Origin: a bacterium
GTDB lineage: Bacteria > Bacillota_I > Bacilli_A > RFN20 > CAG-826
Assembly (NCBI GenBank): GCA_963623195.1
Contig: CAVFKA010000006.1
Span: 102 to 64,101, forward strand
Length of the DNA stretch: 64,000 nucleotides
Direction of reading: 5' to 3'
The translations under genes were made by a program, and so were the position numbers. Positions 55,962 to 64,000 of this stretch are shown here, in pieces; positions within the stretch are counted from its first letter, which is position 1; each line of letters starts with the position of its first letter. The notes under the pieces were generated by a model that was not told the DNA's origin, ran no database searches, and saw nothing but the letters and a program-made list of their open reading frames with translations.

Positions 55962-57692
55962 TTACTCTTTTTTGATTTCAACTCCTACATCATCAAGAGC
56001 TTGTTTGGAAACACCTGATGGAGCCTTGGACATTGGGTCAACGGCTTGAAGGTTTTTAGGGAACGCTTCGACATCACGGATATTGTCCGTTCCGCATAAG
56101 ATCATAGAAAGTCTATCAAGACCTAATGCAAATCCTGCATGCGGTGGAACGCCATAATTGAACGCTCTGAGGAACCATCCGAACTTTCTTTCCACATCTT
56201 CTGCCGACAAACCAATTAGATTGAATATCTTCCATTGAGTGTCGTGATCGTAGATTCTCATGGTTCCGCCACCGGCTTCATATCCGTTGATGACGATGTC
56301 ATATGCATATGCCAATACTTTTTCTGGATCTGTATCCAATAATGGCAAATCCTCATCTCTTGGACGTGTAAATGGATGATGTTCAGCCGTATAGTAGTCG
56401 GTTCCTTCAACTTTATCGAACATTGGGAAGTTAACTATCCATAACAAATCATAAGTTCCAGGCTTGATAAGTCCCATTTCTTTTGCGAAGAATGTTCTTA
56501 ATGCGCCTAAGCCGAAATCAATATCGCGTCTGTTGTTGCTTGAGGCAAAGACAACCAAGTCATCATCATTGAGGTTTAAGGTCGAAATCAATTCATTTTG
56601 AAGTTCTTCGCTTAAGAATTTAACGAATGAACCATCAAGTTTGCCGTTTTCTTTCTTGAGGGTGAGGACTCCTTTTAGTCTGAATTTACGAGCTTCAGCT
56701 GATAGAACATCGACTTTTTTGCGGCTTGTTTCATTACCTTTATTAGGAACGACGATACATTTGATGTAAGTGGCATCCGCAAATGAAGCGAATTCGGTTT
56801 TCTTCATGATGGAAGTTATATCATGAATCTCCAAACCATAACGTGTATCAGGCTTATCCGAGCCATAAGTATCCATCGCATCCCAGAAATTCATGCGACG
56901 TAAAGGCAATTTAACGTCATAATTAACGATTTCTTTGAAATAACGTTGAATCATGCCTTCAGCTAATTCTAAGACCTGATCTTGATCCATGAATGATGTT
57001 TCGACGTCGATTTGAGTGAATTCAGGTTGACGATCCGCTCTCAAATCTTCGTCACGGAAACATTTGGCAATTTGATAATATCTCTCGATGCCGCCAATCA
57101 TAAGCAATTGTTTAAATAATTGAGGAGATTGTGGCAAAGCATAGAATGAACCATGATGTAAACGAGAAGGGACTAAATAGTCTCTAGCACCTTCAGGTGT
57201 TGCGAGGTCAAGAATAGGAGTTTCAACCTCTAAAAAACGGTTGAAATCCAAGTATTCATGGGTAATTTTTACGATTTTAGCTCTTGTGCGAAGATTATTT
57301 AACATGCAAGGACGACGTAAATCCAAATAACGATATTCAAGTCTCGTATCTTCGAGAGCGTCGGTCTTATCGGCAATAATGAATGGAGGGTTGTCAGCTT
57401 TATTGATAACTTTCAAGTCTTTGACAAGAACTTCAATTTCACCGGTTGGAATTTTTGTATTAGGAACGTCCTTTTTACGAACCGTGCCCTTCACTTGAAC
57501 GACATATTCATTACGAACGTCAGGAACTTTCGAAGGATCTTCAACGATAAGTTGGACAATTCCTGTGTTATCTCTTAAATCAATAAATAAGATGGATCCG
57601 AGGTTTCTTCTAGTTGAAACCCAGCCGACCAAAGTTACTTCCTTACCTTCGTCTTTAAGCCTTAATTCTCCGTTATAATCTGTTCTTTCCAT
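55962..57692 (-). CDS. aspS: Aspartate-tRNA ligase
   Basis: MERTDYNGELR...VTLVGWV N-terminus with class II motifs. ATG 57692 lies 1 nt after the hisS stop. The ORF-track extension is rejected. Confidence 0.95.
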   Translation of the reverse strand: MERTDYNGELRLKDEGKEVTLVGWVSTRRNLGSILFIDLRDNTGIVQLIVEDPSKVPDVRNEYVVQVKGTVRKKDVPNTKIPTGEIEVLVKDLKVINKADNPPFIIADKTDALEDTRLEYRYLDLRRPCMLNNLRTRAKIVKITHEYLDFNRFLEVETPILDLATPEGARDYLVPSRLHHGSFYALPQSPQLFKQLLMIGGIERYYQIAKCFRDEDLRADRQPEFTQIDVETSFMDQDQVLELAEGMIQRYFKEIVNYDVKLPLRRMNFWDAMDTYGSDKPDTRYGLEIHDITSIMKKTEFASFADATYIKCIVVPNKGNETSRKKVDVLSAEARKFRLKGVLTLKKENGKLDGSFVKFLSEELQNELISTLNLNDDDLVVFASSNNRRDIDFGLGALRTFFAKEMGLIKPGTYDLLWIVNFPMFDKVEGTDYYTAEHHPFTRPRDEDLPLLDTDPEKVLAYAYDIVINGYEAGGGTMRIYDHDTQWKIFNLIGLSAEDVERKFGWFLRAFNYGVPPHAGFALGLDRLSMILCGTDNIRDVEAFPKNLQAVDPMSKAPSGVSKQALDDVGVEIKKE

Positions 57693-57693
57693 A

Positions 57694-59028
57694 TTATTTT
57701 TCTCCTTCGCAAGCGTAACAATGGCAATGTTCGCCATGCTCATGTTCTTCTAACGACTCAAATGCATCATCTAATTCTTCTGCAAGTTTATCTAATGCGA
57801 TTTCTTTTTGTTCCTTGCTAGCAAGATTTTTCAATTGGGCTGTACCGTTTTCAAGTTCAGATGAGCCTATTATCAAAGCAAATTTTGCACCGCGTTTTTC
57901 GGCTTTTTTGAACGCGCTTCCTAATTTTGTAGAAGTCAATGGATTGTCAGCCTTAAAGCCTAAGCCTCTAATTTCTTCCGTAATATTGAAAACGTCGTCG
58001 AGAACTTCATCTCCAACAGGAATAACATAGATGTCGATTCCTGTATCAAGATCATTTAAGAGTCCGTTATCTTTTGCAAGATTGTAGACGCGTTCAATTC
58101 CCATAGCGTAGCCAACACCAGCTAATGAAGGTCCGCCAAGAGCCTCAACAAGTCCACCATAGTGACCGCCGCCGCATAAGGCGCCATAATCAACTCCTGT
58201 ATCGCTTAATGCGTGAATTTCAAAGACAACTTCGGAATAATAATCTAATCCTCTAACCAAGGAATCGTCTATTTCATATTCGATGCCTAAATCATTGATG
58301 ATCGATAAGGTGGTATAGAAACGTTTTTCGGATGCATCAGAAAGATAATCTTTGATTTTTGGCGCGTCTTTGGCGATTTCTTGGTCGTGTTCAACCTTAC
58401 AATCTAAGATTCTAAGAGGATTTAACTCCAATCTTTCGTGGCAATCGGCACACATTTCATCAATGTGAGTCGAGAAATAATCCTTTAAGGCCTTACGGTA
58501 ATTCTCCCTAGTTTCGTTATCGCCTATGGTGTTTATTTTAAGGCTTAACTTTTTAAAGCCAAGCATATAAAGCGATTGAATGGCCATTATGATACATTCA
58601 GCATCAGCTCTTGGAGAGTCTAAGCCAATTTCTTCAACGCCAAATTGATTGAATTGGCGATATCTACCCAATTGTGGTCTTTCATAGCGGAATGCAGGAC
58701 CGTGATAATATAATTTCAATGGCAAATTTCCACCATCTGCGTACATCTTGTTAGAAACGACGCTTCTAACGATTCCAGCCGTAAATTCTGGACGCATAGT
58801 AACAGAGCGATCGCCTTTATCTAAGAAAGTGTACATTTCTTTGCGAACAATATCGCTACTTCCGCCTGTTCCACGAGCAAATACCTCTGTATATTCGAGT
58901 ACAGGTGGCATTATTTCTTTATAAGCATATAATTCAACACAAGTCGATAAAACATCGGTAACATATTGCATTCCCGCCATTTCATCGCCAAATAAATCGT
59001 GTGTTCCTTTAACTGGTTGATAGTTCAT
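57694..59028 (-). CDS. hisS: Histidine-tRNA ligase with His/Cys-rich C-terminal tail
   Basis: Class II HisRS motifs (MRPEFT, FRYERPQ.GR, GGGHYGGL). The tail reads EEHEHGEHCHCYACEGEK. Confidence 0.93.
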   Translation of the reverse strand: MNYQPVKGTHDLFGDEMAGMQYVTDVLSTCVELYAYKEIMPPVLEYTEVFARGTGGSSDIVRKEMYTFLDKGDRSVTMRPEFTAGIVRSVVSNKMYADGGNLPLKLYYHGPAFRYERPQLGRYRQFNQFGVEEIGLDSPRADAECIIMAIQSLYMLGFKKLSLKINTIGDNETRENYRKALKDYFSTHIDEMCADCHERLELNPLRILDCKVEHDQEIAKDAPKIKDYLSDASEKRFYTTLSIINDLGIEYEIDDSLVRGLDYYSEVVFEIHALSDTGVDYGALCGGGHYGGLVEALGGPSLAGVGYAMGIERVYNLAKDNGLLNDLDTGIDIYVIPVGDEVLDDVFNITEEIRGLGFKADNPLTSTKLGSAFKKAEKRGAKFALIIGSSELENGTAQLKNLASKEQKEIALDKLAEELDDAFESLEEHEHGEHCHCYACEGEK

Positions 59029-59038
59029 TTTAAACCTC

Positions 59039-61258
59039 CTAGTGATTTATTCTCTTACATTCGAAGACGCCTCTAACACCCTTTAAGGCAGCAAAGACAT
59101 CATCGAGAGTTTTTGCATCAGATACATAGATTGTCATAGCGACCACGTCATTCATCGTTTCATGAATAAGATGGACCTTTAAATCGACAACCTCTATGTT
59201 TTTCGATGACATACACCCCAACATATCGCCCACTAAATTTTGACGATCGTTGGCGTATATTTGAATGTCGACTGGATAAGTCGATATACCCAAATTTGGA
59301 TTCCAATGGACTGGAATTGTTCTGTTTCCTGCCTCAGAAATATTTGGGCAAGAGAGACGATGCACGACAATCCCCTTTCCTTTTGTTACATATCCAGTGA
59401 TGTCATCTCCCGGAATTGGCGTGCAACATTTTCCTAATGTTATGGCAACATTATCAATTCCATCGACAATTATTGGATTTTTTGTGTCTTTTGAAGTGTT
59501 ATGTTTTCCTTGAATGGCTTTTTTATCGCGTTTTCTAACGCCAAGGTAATCGATGATTGAATATGGGGTTACGTTTCTTGTGAAAACGGCCTCATAGAGT
59601 TCATCAAGCGTGTCATATCCGAAATGTTCAAAGGCCTTTTCAAGCATTTTTACCATTTCTCCAGAGCCTATATCTTGCCCTTTAAACGCTTCAAGACAAC
59701 TTTCATACCCTTTTCTAATGTTTTCTTCACGCATAAATTCGTTATTTTTGGCGATAACTTTTTTAATGTGTGATTTAGCATTAGCGGTCTTGGCGATATC
59801 GAGCCACCCTTGGTTAGGGCCTGGTGAATTTTTCGATGTCTTGATTTCGCAAATATCACCTGTTTTCAAAACGGTATTAAGCGGAACCATCGTGCCATTA
59901 ACTACGGCGCCTATGGCCGAATCCCCTACTTTTGTATGAATTCTATAGGCGAAATCTAAAGTTGTGGCGCCACTTGGAAGGTCAATGACCTTTCCTAATG
60001 GGGTGAATACATAGACATTCGCATTGAAGATATCGTTAGATAAGGCGGCCATATATTCTTTAGCATTGTCACCTGATTCGCCGGACATAGAGACGAAATC
60101 TCTAAACCAATGAAGCTTATTTTCGATGTCTTTTTGCTCTTCTTTGGCGTTATAGTTGTTGCCTTCTTTGTATTTCCAGTGTGCAGCAACGCCCTCTTCA
60201 GCGACTTGATCCATTTCTTCAGTACGAATTTGAACCTCATAAACGTTTCCATCGCCAGAAACGATTGACGTATGCAAAGATTGATACATATTAGGCTTTG
60301 GCATGGCGATATAATCTTTAAATCTACCAGGTATAGGCTTAAATGTCGCGTGCACAATACCAAGAATCTCATAACATTGCATGATGGTTTTTGTGATAAC
60401 CCTGATGGCTAAGACATCATAAATTTCATCGAAATTGTAATTTTTAAGATACATTTTTCGATAGATCGAATAGATTGATTTGATTCTTGATTCCATTCTG
60501 AACGGAATATTTTGTTCGAATATCAAGTCGGCAATACGTTTCTTTAAGTTTGTTAAGGATTCTTGCCTATTAGTTTCTCTTTCGTTCAAAAGCGTTAAAA
60601 TCGCATTATATTTCTCAGGCTCGTAATATTTAAGTGAGAGATCTTCCATCTCGCTTTGCATCTTGTAGATACCAAGACGATGGGCAATAGGTGTGAAAAC
60701 CTCTAATGTTTCCTTAGCCAAAGCTTTTTGCCTTTCAGGGCGTAAGGATTGCAAAGTTCTCAAATTATGTAGACGATCGGCCAATTTCACGATAATGACA
60801 CGTACGTCCCTAGCCATTCCTAAAAAGATTTTCTTATGGTCTTCTGCCTCAAAATCTTGTTCCGTTCTGTGAGACAGTTTCATTCTTTGGATTTTCGTCA
60901 AAGAATCAACGATTAGGGCCACGTCTTTTCCAAATTGTTGCTCTATCTCCTCGATTGTGAGGTCCGTATCCTCGACTGTATCATGCAAAAGTCCAGAAAT
61001 AATGGTTTCTGGTCCAGATTGCAATTGAGCCAAAATATAGGCAACTTCGATAGGATGTTGAATATATGGTTCACCTGAACGGCGGAAAACCCCTGCGTGT
61101 TTCTTTGCTGCTAATTCATATGCCGATTTGATTAGTTCGCGATCCTTCTTATCTTTTATGTAAACGCAAAAAAGCTGGCGTAGATCGTCATATGAATGCA
61201 TTGGATAGCCGCCATTTGGCACTAATTTTTCTTTATTATCATTAATAGTTTCACTCAT
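59039..61258 (-). CDS. rel: Bifunctional (p)ppGpp synthetase/hydrolase (long RSH)
   Basis: HD hydrolase domain (HDTVEDT), a synthetase domain, and TGS and ACT-like C-terminal domains in 739 aa. Confidence 0.93.
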   Translation of the reverse strand: MSETINDNKEKLVPNGGYPMHSYDDLRQLFCVYIKDKKDRELIKSAYELAAKKHAGVFRRSGEPYIQHPIEVAYILAQLQSGPETIISGLLHDTVEDTDLTIEEIEQQFGKDVALIVDSLTKIQRMKLSHRTEQDFEAEDHKKIFLGMARDVRVIIVKLADRLHNLRTLQSLRPERQKALAKETLEVFTPIAHRLGIYKMQSEMEDLSLKYYEPEKYNAILTLLNERETNRQESLTNLKKRIADLIFEQNIPFRMESRIKSIYSIYRKMYLKNYNFDEIYDVLAIRVITKTIMQCYEILGIVHATFKPIPGRFKDYIAMPKPNMYQSLHTSIVSGDGNVYEVQIRTEEMDQVAEEGVAAHWKYKEGNNYNAKEEQKDIENKLHWFRDFVSMSGESGDNAKEYMAALSNDIFNANVYVFTPLGKVIDLPSGATTLDFAYRIHTKVGDSAIGAVVNGTMVPLNTVLKTGDICEIKTSKNSPGPNQGWLDIAKTANAKSHIKKVIAKNNEFMREENIRKGYESCLEAFKGQDIGSGEMVKMLEKAFEHFGYDTLDELYEAVFTRNVTPYSIIDYLGVRKRDKKAIQGKHNTSKDTKNPIIVDGIDNVAITLGKCCTPIPGDDITGYVTKGKGIVVHRLSCPNISEAGNRTIPVHWNPNLGISTYPVDIQIYANDRQNLVGDMLGCMSSKNIEVVDLKVHLIHETMNDVVAMTIYVSDAKTLDDVFAALKGVRGVFECKRINH

Positions 61259-61297
61259 ACTCCATTATTATATTACATATATAATAAAAATGAAATT

Positions 61298-62848
61298 TCA
61301 GATAGCTCTTTCAGCAAGTAAATTTAGTGATATTCTTCCGTTATAATCGTTTATTTTGAATGAAATTAATAAATTTACTTTTTCATCCGCTTCAAAAGAG
61401 TTCTCATTAAGGGAATAAGAGAAAATTTTAACATTCTCGCTTAATTTGGTGGATAAATACATTCCACCTTTAGCATACGTAAAGGTTGTAGGATTCATGT
61501 CTTTGAGCAAGAATTTCGGAGTTTCCCAAGACATGCCAAAAGGAGATAAATTCTTTATTACACGGTATGTTTTCATGTTGCATTCCGAAAGCAAAATATC
61601 GATAGAGTCTTTCTTTTTTGCCATTATTTTATGTTTTAAGGCGAAAAAGATATAATCCTTTTTGAAACTTTCAAAATCCTTTTTATTTATCGAACACCCT
61701 CCGGCGAATGGATGGCCGCCTTTACTTAATAGAGGGGTCTTCATTTCGGAATAAACTTCCAAAATATTAATTCCTTCAAGAGATCTTAAAGAGCCAACGA
61801 GTAAATCCGGTTCTTTTTCTTTGGCTGAAAAAACCGCAACAGGTTTTTGATAGGTGTTTAGTAATCTGGCGGCAAGTAAACCATTAAGCCCCTCAGGAAG
61901 AGATGTTTGAACGACAATCGCCGCGTCAGTTGGCGTTATCTCTAAAGATTCGGCCGCATTGGCTGTCAGTTCTTTTCGCTTAGCGTTTTGTTCATTTATC
62001 CACGCTGCGATTTTTTCGTTAAGTTCGTTATCGCGGTTGACGAAATATTTAAGCAAACGATTAATTGTACTTCCTTTTTCTATTCTTCCAATTGAATTAA
62101 TCTTAGGGATAATCTCCATTTGGAAAACACTCTCATCAATGTAATTGTTGTTTGTTAGCATTAAAAATTCTTTATATTGATTCTTTTTCAAAATCTCTAG
62201 CATCAATCGAACTATTTCACGATTGTATCCTAATAAAGGCATCATATCGCTTATGGTTGAAACAGCCGCGAGCGATAAAAGATAATCATCTTCCCTCTGT
62301 AAAAGAGCACACGAAAAAATAAAGGATAAATATCCAGCAGAGATTTCAATGCTTCCATAATTTACTGTATAAGGGTGAATAACAATATCGCATTCAGGCT
62401 GGACGTCATCAAATTCATGATGATCGAGTATGATTACTTCAATTCCTAGTTTGTTTGCTTCCTTTAAAGCATCATGTGCCGTGACACCATTGTCGCAAGT
62501 AAAAATAAGGGAATAACCACTATTTTTTATTTTCCTTACATTTTCTACAGTAAGCCCGTATCCATCGGTATATCTAGAAGGCAAGTAACCTTCCGCTTTC
62601 AATCCAAATTCTCTGAAAGAAGATACAAGAATCGATGTAGACATGACACCATCGGTATCGTAATCGCCATAAACCAAAACGCGGCCACCGTTATCTTTAA
62701 CCGATTTAAGCCTTTCAATGGCTTTTAAAACAATAGGATTGTCATTTAGTAAAGGGATATTCGAAAAAGAAGGAGGCAAAGATAACCTCTTATAATCCTC
62801 CTTCGTTATTCCATAATATTTGCAAAGTCTTTCGATTATGTCTTCCAT
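61298..62848 (-). CDS. recJ: Single-stranded-DNA-specific exonuclease RecJ (short form)
   Basis: DHH motifs YGDYDTDG, CDNG and LDHH, plus DHHA1 GGHPFAGG. The secDF-recJ-rel order matches Bacillus. Confidence 0.85.
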   Translation of the reverse strand: MEDIIERLCKYYGITKEDYKRLSLPPSFSNIPLLNDNPIVLKAIERLKSVKDNGGRVLVYGDYDTDGVMSTSILVSSFREFGLKAEGYLPSRYTDGYGLTVENVRKIKNSGYSLIFTCDNGVTAHDALKEANKLGIEVIILDHHEFDDVQPECDIVIHPYTVNYGSIEISAGYLSFIFSCALLQREDDYLLSLAAVSTISDMMPLLGYNREIVRLMLEILKKNQYKEFLMLTNNNYIDESVFQMEIIPKINSIGRIEKGSTINRLLKYFVNRDNELNEKIAAWINEQNAKRKELTANAAESLEITPTDAAIVVQTSLPEGLNGLLAARLLNTYQKPVAVFSAKEKEPDLLVGSLRSLEGINILEVYSEMKTPLLSKGGHPFAGGCSINKKDFESFKKDYIFFALKHKIMAKKKDSIDILLSECNMKTYRVIKNLSPFGMSWETPKFLLKDMNPTTFTYAKGGMYLSTKLSENVKIFSYSLNENSFEADEKVNLLISFKINDYNGRISLNLLAERAI

Positions 62849-64000
62849 TAGTCGTTAATTCCGATAAATGTCGCTTCTTCAGGCTCAGAGCTCTTCTTCT
62901 TTGCTTGTTTGCTCTTCTCTGAACGTGGTCTGTTATTCCAGCTTTCACGAACTGATTTCTTAATTTTCGACAATCCATCGCTAAGGACAACTGAGCTAGA
63001 TGCGGTGATTGTTAAAGCTAAAGCAAGAGCGAGTAAGACACTAATTCCTAAGCCTAAGAACATTGTTCTATAAATACTTGGGGCAATACCGATAAATGGC
63101 AAGGTCATTCCTAAAACAAGGAGAGAGAAAACAATGATGTCTCCTGCGCTATGTGAATTAGCTGTTATAAGAGCTGAGTTTCTAAACGATAAGGAATCCT
63201 TGTTCTTTTCACGACTGTCTTTGACAATCTCTTTTTCCTTATTAAATAAGAATAAGACAAATAATTCGCTAAAGATAAATGCTCCAATAATCGCGATTGC
63301 GACAGTTGGTGTAACAGCTATTCTTGTCAAAGCGAAGAAACCAGCGACAATAACGCTATTTGCAAGTGCAAACACGGTCGCGGATATTGCACGTGACAAA
63401 CGGAATCTCAAGCAATAATAGACAAGTAATGAGACAGCCGCTACGCTAAGTGAAGCATAGACAACACCCAAATCAGGGCTTCCAGCTTGATAAACAACGC
63501 GATTTGCAGAAACAACGATATCGTCAGCGTTTGCGTTATTTTCTATAACTTGTTCCAATGCAACGCTAATATATTCATTGTTTTCAGTGCCGTTAATCTT
63601 GAAATCGTATCTAGTATTTTCATCAAAATAAATAGAGAGTGGGATATCAAAATGGTATACATCATATTGCTTGATCTCTGAATCGTCGTTGATAGAGATT
63701 GTTGTTTGTTCAAGAACAATATCTCCGACAACATAATTGGTAAGCGTCTTGCCATCATATTCAATTAAGTTAAGCAAACCATCTTTTGCATCGTCAAGAG
63801 TTGCCATTGTTTTGGTTGCTTGTGAGCCAGAATCAACACGATATTCAATCGAAATCGAAGTTGTGTTTTCGTATGCGCCAGAATAGTTCAATGTATCAGT
63901 TTTCATAGCGCCAAAAACGCTAACACCAACAACAGCTGCTAAAGTAAGCACACCTGCACAAATTTCCCAAACATGCTTATGTTTTGTGAAATCTTTATCG
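62848..64000 (-). CDS. SecD/SecF-family membrane protein, divergent (5' end beyond window)
   Basis: The frame is open to the right window edge. The N-terminal TM helix is followed by a ~150-aa extracytoplasmic domain and five TM helices containing YYCLRF. The position upstream of recJ fits secDF. The usual GYSxNDTIVxxDRIRE segment is not recognisable. Confidence 0.55.
   Translation of the reverse strand, partial: DKDFTKHKHVWEICAGVLTLAAVVGVSVFGAMKTDTLNYSGAYENTTSISIEYRVDSGSQATKTMATLDDAKDGLLNLIEYDGKTLTNYVVGDIVLEQTTISINDDSEIKQYDVYHFDIPLSIYFDENTRYDFKINGTENNEYISVALEQVIENNANADDIVVSANRVVYQAGSPDLGVVYASLSVAAVSLLVYYCLRFRLSRAISATVFALANSVIVAGFFALTRIAVTPTVAIAIIGAFIFSELFVLFLFNKEKEIVKDSREKNKDSLSFRNSALITANSHSAGDIIVFSLLVLGMTLPFIGIAPSIYRTMFLGLGISVLLALALALTITASSSVVLSDGLSKIKKSVRESWNNRPRSEKSKQAKKKSSEPEEATFIGIND

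Noticed and set aside
1-64000. CRISPR arrays, tRNA/rRNA genes, IS elements, prophage or toxin-antitoxin or defence islands
   Set aside because: No regularly spaced repeats, T-loop (GTTCGAATC-like) signatures, transposase or phage-like ORFs were seen. The only spacers longer than 130 bp are 36562-36883 and 45661-46427, and both were inspected by eye.

Overview
This window is a compact, low-GC stretch of core chromosome. It uses the standard genetic code: TGA ends holA, rsmE and yqeG. There are no rRNA or tRNA genes, CRISPR arrays or transposases. I count about 60 protein genes, many translationally coupled by ATGA or TAATG overlaps. Gene order closely follows the Bacillus subtilis yqe-yqf-yqg-yqh region: comEC-holA-rpsT; lepA-hemW-hrcA-grpE-dnaK-dnaJ-rsmE-mtaB; rpsU-ybeY-cdd-era-recO-glyQS-dnaG-trmK-ispH-cshB-ispG; efp; yneF-plsY-parE-parC; yqeG-yqeH-yhbY-nadD/yqeK-rsfS. 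On the minus strand it continues deoB-xerD-dinB-dxs-xseB-xseA-nusB-asp23-tkt-aspS-hisS-rel-recJ-secDF. The reduced gene set, the NadD-YqeK fusion and a GT4 glycosyltransferase suggest a Mollicutes-related (Acholeplasma-like) or similarly reduced Bacillota genome; that assignment is inference only. I see no convincing multi-gene novel system such as a defence island, secretion system or biosynthetic cluster. The most interesting signals are: (1) The window appears to span the replication terminus. Gene orientation flips from + to - across a 767-bp ORF-free spacer that holds a 28-bp dif-like site, with xerD 1.7 kb away. (2) A direct-repeat motif with 11-bp phasing (ACTAA-N6-ACTAA) recurs at six intergenic sites, each at a break in Bacillus-type synteny. 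(3) Several single-gene oddities are wedged into conserved operons. They are a catalytically degenerate Fic-like protein with a small membrane protein between lepA and hemW, a C39 peptidase fused to a membrane domain with no ABC ATPase, a stand-alone adenylation-carrier didomain, and a PD-(D/E)XK nuclease fused to an XPD/DinG Fe-S helicase. All functional calls rest on motifs read by eye and on synteny; no database search was run.
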